The notes under the pieces are model-generated. The model worked only from the letters and a program-made list of their open reading frames with translations, was not told where the DNA came from and searched no databases. Positions 13,655 to 26,627 of a DNA stretch of 64,000 bases are shown one piece after another. Origin of the DNA: Pseudogymnoascus verrucosus (lineage: Eukaryota); the NCBI GenBank assembly GCA_001662655.1, contig KV460222.1; one strand, 5' to 3'. The first letter of the stretch is position 1, and each line of letters begins with the position of its first letter. The translations under genes and the position numbers were made by a program.

Positions 13655-14574
13655 ATTGATACTCTTGCGGTATACGCAGATGGAAGAATAATGAGTCTGA
13701 TGCAGATAAGGTGCAAAACAGAGGTGAACAAAGATTCTGGAAGACCTCGTTGTTCTGCGATCGAAAATAATGTTTATATAGTATATGTAGATTATGCATT
13801 TATGTATAAGTACATGAATGCGTACCCCACTTACATCCATGTAAATCTGGGGTAGCTTGAGATTTAGGGTACTAGAGTCTGGTACGTGGATCGGAAATCC
13901 TCATCCAGGCTCATGGGACATTATGGAGGCCCGAGTGTGCGGGAAGAGTGGCGAAAACAGCCCGAATCATTCTTCCCCGCATTACCTATCCAAAATAAAA
14001 ACATCGCTCTCTTGACATCGCCAAATTAAAGTCCCAATGAATGATAATGAAGGGTTTGCTCTATTTAGTACTCAAACAATCTAGCAATTCAATATTTAAT
14101 AGGGACTAGTTCTCTCATTATAAGCTGCAGCTTATTCGTATAAATTTTAGATCCCTTATGGTGTCATGGATATAGCTAAAAAGAACAGAAAGCAGCTCAG
14201 ACGTAATCTCACAATTGAATTTTCCAATTACTCCGACACTCCAAAAGTGTTGTCGATAAACTACCTTGGAGGGATTGATATTTGAAATTTAGAAGCAGAC
14301 TACCCGACAAAGGCGGCTGGGACTCGGTTGGCGGGTAACTTCTACCGAAAAACTCTCGCTGACCGCTGCCTCACAATCCCAATCTAGTGAAGGCTCTGCC
14401 GTGATCGAACCTCGGTCTTGACGCGCTGACCGGGCCTTAGGATGAGGCGTCATAATTTTTTCATTATATTTGTTTTATTTACCAAATAAGAAAAGCCTCA
14501 CTCTTGTAAATTATAGTCGAAATATATGACCAATTTACCTTTGTAACTAACGTATTAACATCTTTGTATATGCA

Positions 14575-15779
14575 ATGGCTGGCGCCATAAGACAACCCAT
14601 CGACATCCCCGCGCTCGAGCGCTACATCTCACAACATGTCCCCGAAATCACGATTCCAATCGACGTCAAACAGGTCCTTCCCCTAAACCCCTCTCTTGCT
14701 CCATTTCCACTGACATCCTCTGCAGTTTGGATTCGGCCAATCCAACCCAACCTACCAACTGACCTCCACCTCGGGCCGCAAATATGTGATGCGCAAAAAA
14801 CCACCAGGAAAGCTCATCTCCAAGACTGCACATAAGGTTGAGCGTGAATACCGCATTTTGCACGCTTTGCATGACACCGATGTCACAGTCCCGAAGGTCT
14901 ACTGCCTGTGTGAAGATGATAGCATCATCGGGACGCCGTTTTATATCATGGAGTTTCTTGACGGGCGGATCATCGAGGACCCCGCGATTCCGAATGTTAC
15001 GCCGGCAGAGAGGACGGAGATGTGGCACGACGCGATCCGCACCCTAGCGAAGTTGCACCGCGTAAACCCAAAGTCTGTGGGCCTGGAGACCTACGGCAAG
15101 CCAGCAGGGTTCTACAATCGACAGATCAAGACGTTCCAGATTCTCAGCGCGGCGCAGGCGCAGGCCGTCGATGCCGATACAAAGAAGGCCGTGGGCGACA
15201 TCCCGCATTTCCCAGATATGCTAGCATTCTTCTCCGACCTCGCGACGCAACCAAAAGATAGGGGTGTTCCCATCCATGGAGACTATAAGATCGATAATGT
15301 AGTTTTTCACAAGACGGAGCCGAGGGTCATTGGGATCTTAGAGTGAGTACCCCGAATGCGTAGCCCCTCTCTTCGTAAAATTCTAGGATGCAAATGTTGA
15401 CGAGCGTAGCTGGGAAATGTCCACCATTGGCCACCCCCTCTCCGACCTCGCCAATATTCTTAACCCCTATATCACTGCCCTTTCTGGTCCCAATCCGCAC
15501 CTAGGTTTTGCTCCTGGCGCCACGCCCGGTCTGCCCAGCCAAGAACAAGTCGTGTCGTGGTACCGCGAAGTCGCTGGGTGGAGCCCAGAGCCAGAGCTCG
15601 CGTGGGGCACCGCGTTCAGTATATTCCGCCAGTCGGTCATTATGCAGGGGATAGCAGCGAGGGTGGCGCAGAGGCAGGCGAGCAGTGCGCAGGCGAAGGC
15701 GTATGCGGATTTGTTTATAGAGTTTGGGGAGTTCTCATGGGGGCTAATATTAGAGGCGAAGGGGAGGGCGAGATTATAG
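14575..15779 (+). CDS. APH/phosphotransferase-family protein (ACAD10 N-terminal-like), probably peroxisomal, 3 exons
   Basis: [11 protein letters not shown] after splicing, [31 protein letters not shown]-terminal PTS1-type ARL; upstream CCTCGG at 14410-14415. Confidence 0.9.
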
Positions 15780-16012
15780 GTAGACAAAGAAGGTAGGCTA
15801 TAGTAGTTAGTATGAATACTTATTATAAAAAATTTAACTAAGAAATATTGTATTGCTCTTAACAAATTACTGGTGGCCTAAAGCATGTGTATCAAAATCT
15901 CGGATTACCCTCTAGATCATTCCTTAATACTTAACTTTATGACAGCTTAATTCTTATTAGCGGAGTAAAGTAATTTTATGCTATTGAAGGTACTGATAAC
16001 CCTGAATATGAA

Positions 16013-16138
16013 ATGGATATTCATAAAGAGTTCACTAAATGGGCTGCTGTTCTCAGAGTGAAACTTGACGGGATTGCAACACATAGATTTCCTAGTAGGG
16101 GATTGGGTATCATTGCAGAGAGGGAGCTTAAAGTAAGT
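16013..16138 (+). pseudogene. Isolated first exon of a SET-domain (Rkm-like lysine methyltransferase) gene
   Basis: MDIHKEFTKWA...GIATHRFPSRGLGIIAERELK followed by a gtaagt donor at 16133; no continuation found downstream. Confidence 0.5.
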
Positions 16139-16528
16139 AGGGCTAGGCAGGTGTTTTTTATATGTCTAATTAATCTACCCTTATCTTTTGCTCTTTCTAT
16201 ACTACTGTTTCTGTGAGGTTAGTGTCGGCCATATTGAACATTTAAGTCTGGGTGATTTTAGGGGGATCTTGGAATATATTCTCCGCTCTATATGTTTGAT
16301 AAACATTTCGTTCGCGTACATGAGTTTTCTACCATCGTGCTGAGGCATATCCTCACTGTCATTTATTCACGGATCTGCACGTCGCTTGCTATTCTTAACC
16401 TCCAACATATACCGGTCGTGTGAGATACTTATCCCCATGTTGATGCCTCAATTTGAAGACAAACAACCAAGCAGTCTCCCTCAAAACTAAGTAATCTAAT
16501 AGCCAAACTCAAGATAACAACCGCAATT

Positions 16529-16995
16529 ATGTCACGCGTTGATCACTGCCTCCAACTCGACGACCAGAGCTTTGCTCTACAGCTTCAGCTCGAAGAGATC
16601 AATTTTCAGCTCGCGCTTCAATCCGGCAAATAGACCGAAGATAGCCCTCCAGATTTCGCATTAGCATTCAATGGCTTCGAGGCCGAGCTAAAGAGGGCGA
16701 TTGTTCTGGTCGAGGATCTGAAGTTCGCTCACAGCATTGCTAAAGCTGTTGATTCTGATCTTGTGGCCATCAAAGAATCAAGGAGACACAGTCCATTTAC
16801 GATCGAAACTTCGCCCTAAGCTTGAATTAATATGATAATGTGCCATCCTAGGGTGTCACCGACCTACTAGATATGCCCCAACCCAGAGCGGAGCCAGCTG
16901 AATGGGACTATGTCTTACGAGCTACCGAAGCTTCGACTTTCAGCATCGAGCCCTGTGGCACTGTTGCTGGTCCTTCTGCCCATTACGCTCACCAT
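16529..16995 (+). pseudogene. N-terminal relic of a fungal RBR/IBR E3 ligase-like gene
   Basis: Manual translation: MSRVDHCLQLDDQSFALQLQLEEINFQLALQSGK*TEDSPPDFALAF...DLKFAHSIAKAVDSD. TAG at 16631 (TGG to TAG), later frameshifts, AGPS motif near 16966; no RING/IBR domains follow. Confidence 0.55.
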
Positions 16996-17562
16996 AACCC
17001 TAAACATTAATCTACTAAATTCTAAGCTTATGTATGGCAGAGTAGACAGGATGCCTAATTCTTTTAAGTCTATAGTCATATGTAATAGTTTCTCTCTTGT
17101 TAGGGTATAAGTACTATTAAACGCTAGTAATGTATAGACCTTCGCTACCCTTCCCCCTTCTAGCTTCTACCTTCTTCATAAAACCAGCCAAAAACAAAGA
17201 GACAAGCAAGAATATAGATTAGTGGGTATTCGCTAGTGGGGTAATTCGTTAGCTTTAGTGCTTTTACTTGCATTGCCTCTTCTAGCTCTGAAATCTACAT
17301 ATAGGCCTAGAGTGCACGTAACCCTCTAAGCTGATACTAGAGCCTCCTTGCAACTAAATAAACCCGAAAATCGCAAAAGCAATTCACTAGTTCCAACCTA
17401 GAATATCATGCATTCGCTGCTATCTTAACTCGATTTATACTTGCAAGCATCGCCTCCTTCGTGCCTATCTCTAGCTTATATAGCTTTGCTCGTCTCCCCT
17501 ACCTCTCAACGCAACCAATGCCTAAGTTCTCTAGAAACTCACCCTGGATAGACCGACCTCGA

Positions 17563-18957
17563 CTATGCTGACACCGTAGACGAGAGGGTCTTCGGACTAT
17601 GCACAATATTGCCATCGGCTTGGCCGGAGAGCAGAAGGACCTGCGCAAGAGCGATAAGGACAGGCTCAAGCTCAATACCAAGCGCGATTGGATTGAGGAG
17701 GCTGCTAAGCTCGGTATTCGTGGAGCAGCCGCTCGCTGCTGTGCCAGCAAAGGCTGACGAGACAAAGTTGAGCGACTCTACGATGGCGACTACCTCAGTG
17801 GTAATGTGTCCGCCGTTTGCATACGTGGTGAACTTGACGCTCGCTCCATAGCTACACCACGCCTTGGCGAGCACTGCGGCGTTGGCGTAGGGTACGATCT
17901 CATCCTGCGATGCGTGATACATGAATACAGGAACCGTGGGCGTTTCGTTCTTGTTCACACCCATGGTGTTTTGTTCTAAGATGGCAGCAACGGTAGGATC
18001 GTACCACAGACGGTCGCCCAAGGATTGGAAATCTGTTGACTTGATCGACTTGCCCGAGAAATTGATAATGTCTGCAACGGCGCAATTGGCACTTGCAAAG
18101 TTTAGGGCCGTCTGGCCAGCAGGCGTAATAATGCTGTCGATTACTGGCTTCAACGCAGCGCCGTATGCACTCGGCTTCGTAAGGCCGTCCACAACAGCTA
18201 GAACGAAACCGCTGAAGGTCGTGCCGTCGATAAAGTCGGCGACAGCAGTGAGGTTTGCAGGGGTACCACCAGAAACCCAGCCTTTGATGTCGATCTCAGG
18301 GGCATAGGTTGGCTGTAGCGACGCGGCCCAGCCTGTCGCAATTGCACCACCGGAGTAACCAACACCCACGACCATGGGGTTGGTAGTGGAAAAATGCAGG
18401 GTGCTTTTGAAGTTCGTGACGGCACGAATCCCATCGAGGACCCCCATGCCCGAAAGGTGACCGGGTCCGAACGCGGCATCTGGACCTTCGTAATCCGAAG
18501 ACGCGACGATATAGCCAGATATGAGGTAGGCCTCGATAATCAGCAGCTCAGCCGACGATATGAGGTCTGACTGGGGGGTGCCGATTTGATAGCTATAACT
18601 CGGGTCACACACCGTGGCCGAGCTATCATAGGCTGTCTGGAACGAGACGAAGCGGTCAGTCTTTGCGAAAAGAGGCCTGAAGACCGTGATTACGGTGGCG
18701 ATGGCGGACCCATTGGTGGCTGTGGTACGATAGAGAAGCTGATAAGCCTGGACTGGGTTTGGCAAAATCCCGAAGAACGAAGCCACGATAGTGCGGGTAC
18801 GCAGGATTGTCCCGGGCACCTGGGATTCGAAGCCTGCAGGGGGTTGGTAGAAGGGGTCGCTACTCGGGACCGTTGCTCGAGGCAGGGACCGACCCAGCAC
18901 GGTTGGCAGCCCAGCTCCAAGAAGCACGGAAGGGAGAACCCAGGAGAGGAGCTTCAT
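17563..18957 (-). CDS. Secretory lipase (LIP family), intronless
   Basis: Probable start MKLLSWVLPS (signal peptide) at 18957; PSSDPFY, AYQLLYRT, DYEGP, nucleophile GYSGG, YAPE, DEIVP. Confidence 0.9.
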   Translation of the reverse strand: MKLLSWVLPSVLLGAGLPTVLGRSLPRATVPSSDPFYQPPAGFESQVPGTILRTRTIVASFFGILPNPVQAYQLLYRTTATNGSAIATVITVFRPLFAKTDRFVSFQTAYDSSATVCDPSYSYQIGTPQSDLISSAELLIIEAYLISGYIVASSDYEGPDAAFGPGHLSGMGVLDGIRAVTNFKSTLHFSTTNPMVVGVGYSGGAIATGWAASLQPTYAPEIDIKGWVSGGTPANLTAVADFIDGTTFSGFVLAVVDGLTKPSAYGAALKPVIDSIITPAGQTALNFASANCAVADIINFSGKSIKSTDFQSLGDRLWYDPTVAAILEQNTMGVNKNETPTVPVFMYHASQDEIVPYANAAVLAKAWCSYGASVKFTTYANGGHITTEVVAIVESLNFVSSAFAGTAASGCSTNTELSSLLNPIALGIELEPVLIALAQVLLLSGQADGNIVHSPKTLSSTVSA

Positions 18958-20339
18958 CTTGGCGGCCGAGTGTAGTAATAGATGTTGAGTTCCTAGGGCA
19001 AGGAAAGCCTGTGTGCGAAGAACTTTTAACTGAGGGGGAAGAGATGAGTTCCCTTTTATAAGGCCTCCTTCAGGGCCTTTCACGAGAAAGGCATATTTCC
19101 CCCGCTTTCTCGTACTACACTACAAATTTCCCTACTGGGTCTATTATTTACGCACTGCGTAGACAGTTGACACTGTGCCATACTATGGGGAGCTATTCCA
19201 TCATGAACGCTAGCCACAGCATACCCACTGTTAAAGTGTTGAAGTGCCGCTAAGCCTCATAAAAGCTTGATTTGCAGCGCCGGGGCTTACGAGCTCCCAA
19301 ACCTGGTTAAAGCGAGACCCGGTGACGCTTGTGGTCAAGTAAAATTGCGGGGTCCCCACATGCTAAAATCCCCGACTACATTTGTGGGTTGCCCGCAGGA
19401 GGACTCTGCCGACAGATGCTGAAGTCAATACTCAGAAACAACAATTTACCTTATGATCGATGTATGCTTTCTCAGCTACGAGAGGTCTACTTCATACAGC
19501 GACTACAATATTACATATATTAGATCATCTACGGCTCATAAAGATCGCTACAAGGTATGATAGCAAGGTGTTCTAGGGCGTGTTATGTTGGGTGCCGTGG
19601 AGAGATCCCACCACGCTAACATAAACCCCCGTTTTCTCGTCACCTAGGTGTTCTAGTTAAGAACTAAGAAGTGGTAGCAATCGTTCCGTACCTCGGTACT
19701 ACCGCGCGTCAGCCTACCATGTGAACGTAGGAGCCAGTAGCACCGTCGCCCTTCACATGCAGATTCCCCATCCTCAGTTGTTGGTTTTCTTCGAAGGCAC
19801 CATCCCATGCTCTCTCGCTATTATAGTTAATATATATATCTTTATCTGTTCAAACTTCTATATAAGTTACAGGCTTAAAACACACTTTAACTACTCTAAG
19901 CTATACGAATCAAAATTGACACACGGGCGAAGGGCCGAGATAAAGGTTTCCGCGAGAAAGCCTAGGAAGATCAGATGCACATCCTACGTTGCAGGCCTCT
20001 TAATCTGCCCATCGTCTTCTCCGCCCTTTTTAGCTGCATGTGGAGTCGTGTTAGAAGGTGGTGATAAGTAGGCGTATTTCGTGTTGAGACGGATTTTCAC
20101 GTTGCTAACGAAATACTGTCAGAGTCTGACTCCAGAACACAAATTATTGATTCGTGGTTGTTGTAGGATGCTGACCCTTGCCGCCAAGACCTGTCAACCG
20201 AAATGCCTCATGGTGTTGCTGGGCCTCGCGCCAATCGGTTTGTTTATTCCCTCAATTGAGTCTCTCCAGCCTACTCACGGCCTTATCTTGTCTGTATCAA
20301 CTCTTTTTTGCTGTGATACGCGCCATTGTCAGAGCCAGG

Positions 20340-22277
20340 ATGTTGTCAAAATGGTCTACGAGTGTAGCCGCTGTTGGCGCTATTGTTGTCTTCGTTGTAC
20401 CCTCGATTGCGGGGGCAACCTTTTCTTCAAGAGCCCAGGATCAAAACGCCGGTCAGCTTGCTGCATCCGATCAGACGTTGGAGTCTCCGTTTCCATACTA
20501 CTTCCCTCAGCTAGGGTCTGGCGATGCCGCGAATAGCGGCCAGTTCCCAATGCCATTATGCCATGGCTTCAAGTTGGAGGAGGCGACAATTGACCAGCTG
20601 CAAAACGCAATGGATAAAGGCACTTTGAGTTCTGTTAAGATTGTAATGTGCTATCTGCAGAGGATTTACCAGACCGATGCCTACTTGAGGTATGACGCTT
20701 GGGAATTGCCGCAGCACTGTCTGACTCCATTCTAGGTCCATCATGGAAGTGAACCCGGACTTCCTTCAAATTGCCGAAGTTCTTGATCGCGAGCGTGCTC
20801 GAGGCCACGTCCGCGGCAAGCTGCATGGAATCCCATTCATTGTGAAGGACAACATCGCTTCGAAAGACAAGATGGAGACAACGGCAGGGAGCTGGGCGCT
20901 CTTGGGTTCTGTCGTCCCAAGAGATTCACACGTTGTATCGAGGCTCAGGAGACAGGGCGCGGTTCTGATGGGCCACGCGACTCTCAGTGAATGGGCAGAC
21001 ATGCGATCTAATTATTACTCTGAGGGCTATTCCGCTCGAGGTGGTCAGTGCAGAAGTCCATACAACTTGACTGTTAACCCTGGTGGCAGCAGCTCTGGGA
21101 GTGGTGCAGCAGTTGCTGCGAATTTGATAACCTTTGCGCTTGGTACTGAGACTGATGGAAGTAGTGAGTTGCATATGCCGATTTAAAAAACCCTGTAGTA
21201 CTAACAGTTTAGTTATCAATCCAGGCGAGAGAAATGCTCTTGTAGGAATAAAACCCACGGTCGGCCTGACGTCTCGAGCTGGGTGAGATTCTCAATTATT
21301 GATAATGTAATGTAGCTAATCCCATCAGGGTCATCCCGATAAGCCACAACCAGGACACTGTAGGCTGTCTCGCCCGCACTGTTCGCGATGCAACCTACTG
21401 TCTTGACGGCATCTATGGCCAAGATCCGCGTGACAATTATACCCTCATCCAAAAGGCTCCAGCCGACGGATTTGCTCAATATCTCGCGACGAAAAAGGCA
21501 CTCAAAGGTGCCGTGTTTGGCCTTCCATGGCTTAGCTTCTGGCAACATGCTAGTGCAAACCAGCAGCAGCAACTTTTAGAGGTCGTTAATCTCATCAAAT
21601 TCGCTGGGGCCACTATAATCAATGGGACCGAGCTTCCAAACTACGCAACCATTGTCAGCCCAGATGGCTGGGACTGGGACTATGGCACAACACGAGGATA
21701 CCCCAATGAGTCAGAATACACGTATGTAAAGGCGGATTTTTACAACGACATCAAGGCATATCTTGCCGATCTTGGAAACACCGACATGAAGAGCCTCGAA
21801 GACATTGTCAAGTTCAACAATGAGAGCGGGGAGGAAGGTGGACTTCCAAACCAGCATCCTGCATTCGAGTCCGGTCAGGATAGTTTCGATGCGTCTCTCG
21901 CATCGAAGGGCATAATGGACGAGACCTACTGGCAAGCTCTGAACTTTTGCCGTAAATCGACACGGGAGGACGGCATCGACGCAGCTCTCCACCATAATGG
22001 CAAGAATCTTACCGCGCTCCTCGTCCCACCATTTGCTGCGCAGTCGATTGCCGCTCAGGCCGGTTACCCTGTCATCACACTCCCCGCTGGCGTGAACCCT
22101 GATACCGGAATGCCTTTTGGGCTGGGGCTTATGGGGACGGCATGGAGCGAGAGCACTCTGATCCGCTATGCAAGTGCGATAGAGGATTTGCAGCTCACGA
22201 GTAAGACACAATATAAGAGGACCAGCCCAAGGTATTTTGGCTACCGCGAAAAGAACATCCCTGTAAATAACGTCTAA
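20340..22277 (+). CDS. Secreted amidase (amidase signature family), 4 exons
   Basis: Signal peptide MLSKWSTSVAAVGAIVVFV; LHGIPFIVKDN, PGGSSSGSG, LGTETDGS-VI, VGIKPTVGLTSRAGVIP after splicing. Confidence 0.9.
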
Positions 22278-22853
22278 TCGTCGCAACCAACTTTTCGCTG
22301 TGCTTAAAGGTTGGAGGAAGTGATGCGCGCGTTTGAGAAGCAAGAGGAAGCAAAGTGCGCGATTCCATTTATAGGTACCTTTACGTAGTAACTTATATGT
22401 AAAACTGTGCATTTGCTTCCTCTTGCTTCTACAACGCGTGTCGCTTCCTCCAACCTTGAGCGAAGCGAAAAGTTAGTTACAACGATTAGGCGCATACGCA
22501 GAGAGGCTTTCGTCGCTTAAGGAGGACCAACCAGCATCGATAGAATAGGGGCCGGGGTGAGCTATATTTAGCTTTCAGTTTGGGGAAGCGCCGAAGAGAG
22601 GCACAGCCTTGCGAAGGTAAATATTAGATCTAGTATTTTCACCTGCTTCAACTTTGCAGCTTCATTTACTTTCAGTGCAGGAAAACCCAAGAAAGGATCC
22701 CCACGTCCAACTTTCTTTCCAAGTCATCGTTTCAGTGGCTTTCTTGAGACGGATATTTCACCTGTCCGTTGCCAGTCAACTGCCTGCTTCATTGCCTTAC
22801 TTCCTTCTCATACCGTTCATCACATCAGGCCGATCTTCTATCTCCAGTCAGTC

Positions 22854-24322
22854 ATGGCCGACTCGAGGGAACGAGCTATTGAATCTGCATCTCCCCAGAT
22901 CATTAACTTGAAAGGGATAATGGCTAAATGGGAAAAGAAGATCCCGGAAATCCAAGCGCTATCGAATTCACTGAGAGAGGGATTAACAGCATCAGAAGCC
23001 GACATATCAGATGTAAAGGCGTCTAACCCGCGCCCCCCGCTCCCGAATATCGTTCAACCGGGCTACGAGGTTTACATAGGCAGGAAGGCCGACTACTCGC
23101 AATGTACCACATTGAAGCAAACGGCTGAAGTTGCATGGTTTATAGCCTTCAACCGCGGGCCATACACAAACTTCTACATGATCGATGAGCTTCTTAGAGA
23201 AGGCAGAATTTCTTATGAGCAATTTTTAAAGAATCCCAAGATCATGCGGCAAAGCGTTACTGAAGCCAACGTGCGCAAAGTTGCGAACTCCATGGATGAA
23301 AATTATGGAGATAGTGTAGTTGGCCGCTGTACCTCGTTTACTACTGAGATTGTCACTGCCCTCGTCATGGCAAATGAACTTTCGTCAGCTGGAGACTTTG
23401 AATTCCACGACATGGGCCGTCATCGTTTGGCGTTTTCGAAGAAAAGTGGACTGGTGATTGACTCGACCTTAAAACAAGGTCCTAAATTTTTACCACTAGA
23501 CGGACAGAAAGAGCCTAACGACCAAGAGGATCACCCGAAATCTTTCTCCGGCAACGACCAAGGGGGGCAGTCGAAATGGTTCTGGGGTCCTAGTGGATCT
23601 ATAACTAAGGGAGTCAATCGCAGGGGTGATGTTCTCAAGGTAACATCTGTAGCATTGTTTTAGGAGTATTGTAAACTAATCTCGTTATAGAAACACTCTA
23701 AAGAGTCAATCTCTTCAGATGAGGGCCTATATCAATGTTTCAATGAAATCAAAATTGATAAAGATTTGAAGCCACTGTGCTATTTTCGGTAATATACCTT
23801 TTTTATTCTATCTTTAGTCTAAGAGATCCTACAACTAACACAGTTATGTACGAGCACAGATCTTATAGGCGTCCTTGTTCTGAAGCGTATCAGGGCGACA
23901 CGAGATATCATGGGATGATACGATGGTTACTAAAGGATAGAAAGCTAGAATTGATCCAGGATATAAAGAATCAAAATGCGACGACTGTGACAACATTTAT
24001 ATGGGACAGAACTACTCCCACATTACCTACACTTAGCTCTTCCGAAATATCTAAGGTGGTAGACAACTTTGTTACACGCTATGGAGGGAGCTTTGGATCC
24101 AGACAATGGAAGCTTTGCTCAGGATACCACAACAGTATTATCGACGCAGCAAATTCGCTTTGGGGTTATCCGCACATAACGGGAGTTACGAACTTTCCAA
24201 TTGGGCCGGGCCGGGCCCTGAAGACCTACTATTTCTCCTTGCGGGCGATGAGATCGACGAAAAAGGGGTACAAGAATATGTGCCTTTTGATACTGAGTAC
24301 GTTACGTTCGCTGTATCCATGA
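22854..24322 (+). CDS. Hypothetical protein, about 3 exons, with a possible Cys-His-Asp triad
   Basis: 269-codon first exon ending at a GT donor near 23640, a short middle exon and a last exon in ORF 23777-24322; motifs GRCTSF, GRHRLAF, LVIDS. 3' end uncertain. Confidence 0.55.
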
Positions 24323-25547
24323 CATCACTAACTCCTATTTTCTCTATCTAGCGATGAACCTATTTGGCCACCTAACGAGTATAACTTTCTACCCTTCTAA
24401 AGCGCTCGCTAGTGAAACATGATAATGGGATTTATATTAGATATTCCACTGGTTTTACTTTGTTTCACCAAGCACTCTCGTGGTTACATGTAGTTGCTTG
24501 AATCTAGCTTTGGCACATTCTTTCTGCGGTGAAACAAAATCACGTTTGCTTCTTGTCGTGTTTGTAGTTGTGTTCGGTCTTAGCAGCCAGCCGCCACAGA
24601 AACCGTTCTCTACATTCGCAATCGTCAATCAACCCCGCTAAATCCCACTACCACCTGGCACGCTTTATTCCATCTTCAACCTCTCACTCTTTCTACTTAC
24701 CCCTTGCAACCTCTAGGCAGCAGCACTTGATACGACCTTGTCCTAGCTATCAATTATAACAATTTAACTACCAATTTCCCTTGGCACATCGTCTGCACCC
24801 AAGCTTCGAACAGGCACGATCCCCCAATCCTATACCTTAGCAGTTAAGCTCCTAGCCTCACTAAGATGACGTCATTGGCCTGGCTGCGGTATCTTATCGA
24901 TAATAGCAGCTGAAATAGGTAGCAGCACCTGCTTTCTTTGGAACGCCTACCTTCCTTCGTCAACTTATGAATCCTCTCTTCTACAGGAGTAATCATAATC
25001 ACATCGGGATTATGTAATTATTAATTATTAATTAGCCAGAAAGCAATCGACGGTAGGAACCTCGCCTTATATTCTAAAACCTTACCAAGATCTTCTATTT
25101 CTATGGTGCAATCCTGTCATTGGCAGGGGTCGCAATTAAGCGTTTCCTCTTTCCTGCCGCTATTCTACTTGCGGGTATTGTAAGTCTTGGCATTTAACCC
25201 CTGTCCATCGCCAGAAAGCCTAAAACTCCACTACGTCATTACAAATAATCGTGAAGCTATCGAAAAGTTACAAGATAGTATAGCCCGCGTCATGAAAAGT
25301 AAAGACAGCTTAGAAATACAACAGGTAGGCATGGGGAGATACGAGATGGTCCTACTGGTATATAAATGAGGTTTTGTCGCTGCTGTAACTCATTCCTCAA
25401 CATCTTCAATTCACCATCACCAACACTCAACTGCAAATCCTAGTCAGCTTTCCTCTCAACGGAGTAACTTTTGATTCCCTCTATTTGTCGCTTTACCCCT
25501 TGATAACACCATCACCCTTCATTAAACTCCAGGTTATCACATTAAAA

Positions 25548-26627
25548 ATGGCGCCTACCATCTTCATTATTGGTGTCACTGGATACATCGGTGGCGAGGT
25601 TGCTGTCGTGTTTGCAGAGAAGCACCCAGAGTACAACCTCGTCTTTCTCGTCCGCAACTCCGAGCAAGCCAAGATAGTCAAAGCCCGATTCCCATCATCC
25701 GAGACCGTCATCGGTGACCTCGACTCCCACGACGTACTCTTTGAGCAGGGCAAACGCGCCGATGTCGTTCTCCGTAAGTTTCACCGAGGTCACATAACCA
25801 CATATATCCGTGACTAACACAAAACCTCCGCAGAAACCGCTTCGGCAGACCACATTGCCGTTGGCGAGTCCATCATTGCGGGCATGGCCCAGGGCAAGAA
25901 GGGCCACTACATCCACGTCTCCGGGTCCGGAATCCTGCACGACGTGACGAACGGCTTCGGAAACCCGAGCTCCAAGATCTACCACGACACCAGCGACCTC
26001 GCTGCGATCACCTCCTTCGACTCGTCGCACGTGCACGCCGACACCGACGCCTCCGTCACCGCCGCGGGCCTCAAGCACGGCATCCCCACCGCCATCGTCT
26101 CGCCTGTTACCATCTACGGTGTCGGCCGTGGGCCTATCAAGACTCGCAGCCTGCAGATTCCCTTCCTGACTGAGGCCATCATCAAGCGCGGTAAGGCCTT
26201 CACTGTGCTTGAGGGTAACAACATCTGGGATAACGTCCATATCACCGACCTCGCCGAGGCGTATAACGTGCTCACCGAGGAGGCTCTCAAATTGAACGGC
26301 GGCAAGTCGTCCTGGGGCAAGGAGGGCTACTACTTCGTCGAGTCCGCCGAGCACAGGTGGAAAGATATCGTGACTGAGCTTGCTAAGATCGCGCACCAGA
26401 AGGGCGCGATCAAGTCCGTGGAAGTGGAGAAGCTGAGCGTTGAAGACGCCAGTGCCGCGCATCCATGGGCTCCGCTGCTCTGGGGGGGGAACTGCCGCAG
26501 CAGAGGTGACCGTATCAGGGCTCTAGGGTGGAAGCCTAGCGCTCGCAAGATTGAGGAGTACCTCCCGGAAATGGTGGATTTTGAGATCAAGTCCCTGGGA
26601 ACGCAGTCTTCCGCTACTACGTTCTAA
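25548..26627 (+). CDS. NAD(P)-binding epimerase/dehydratase-like (NmrA/atypical SDR) protein, 2 exons
   Basis: IFIIGVTGYIGG Rossmann motif, IHVSGSG, IYGVGRGP, VHITDLA; intron about 25774-25833; strong codon bias. Confidence 0.88.

Noticed and set aside
18958..19083. N-terminal extension of the lipase ORF in the track; likewise the extensions at 52908-52991 and 52212-52274
   Set aside because: They begin at non-ATG codons; downstream ATGs give a proper signal peptide or domain start.
24560..25380. Possible transposon fragment or small gene
   Set aside because: No TIR, TSD or recognisable coding motif could be supported by eye.
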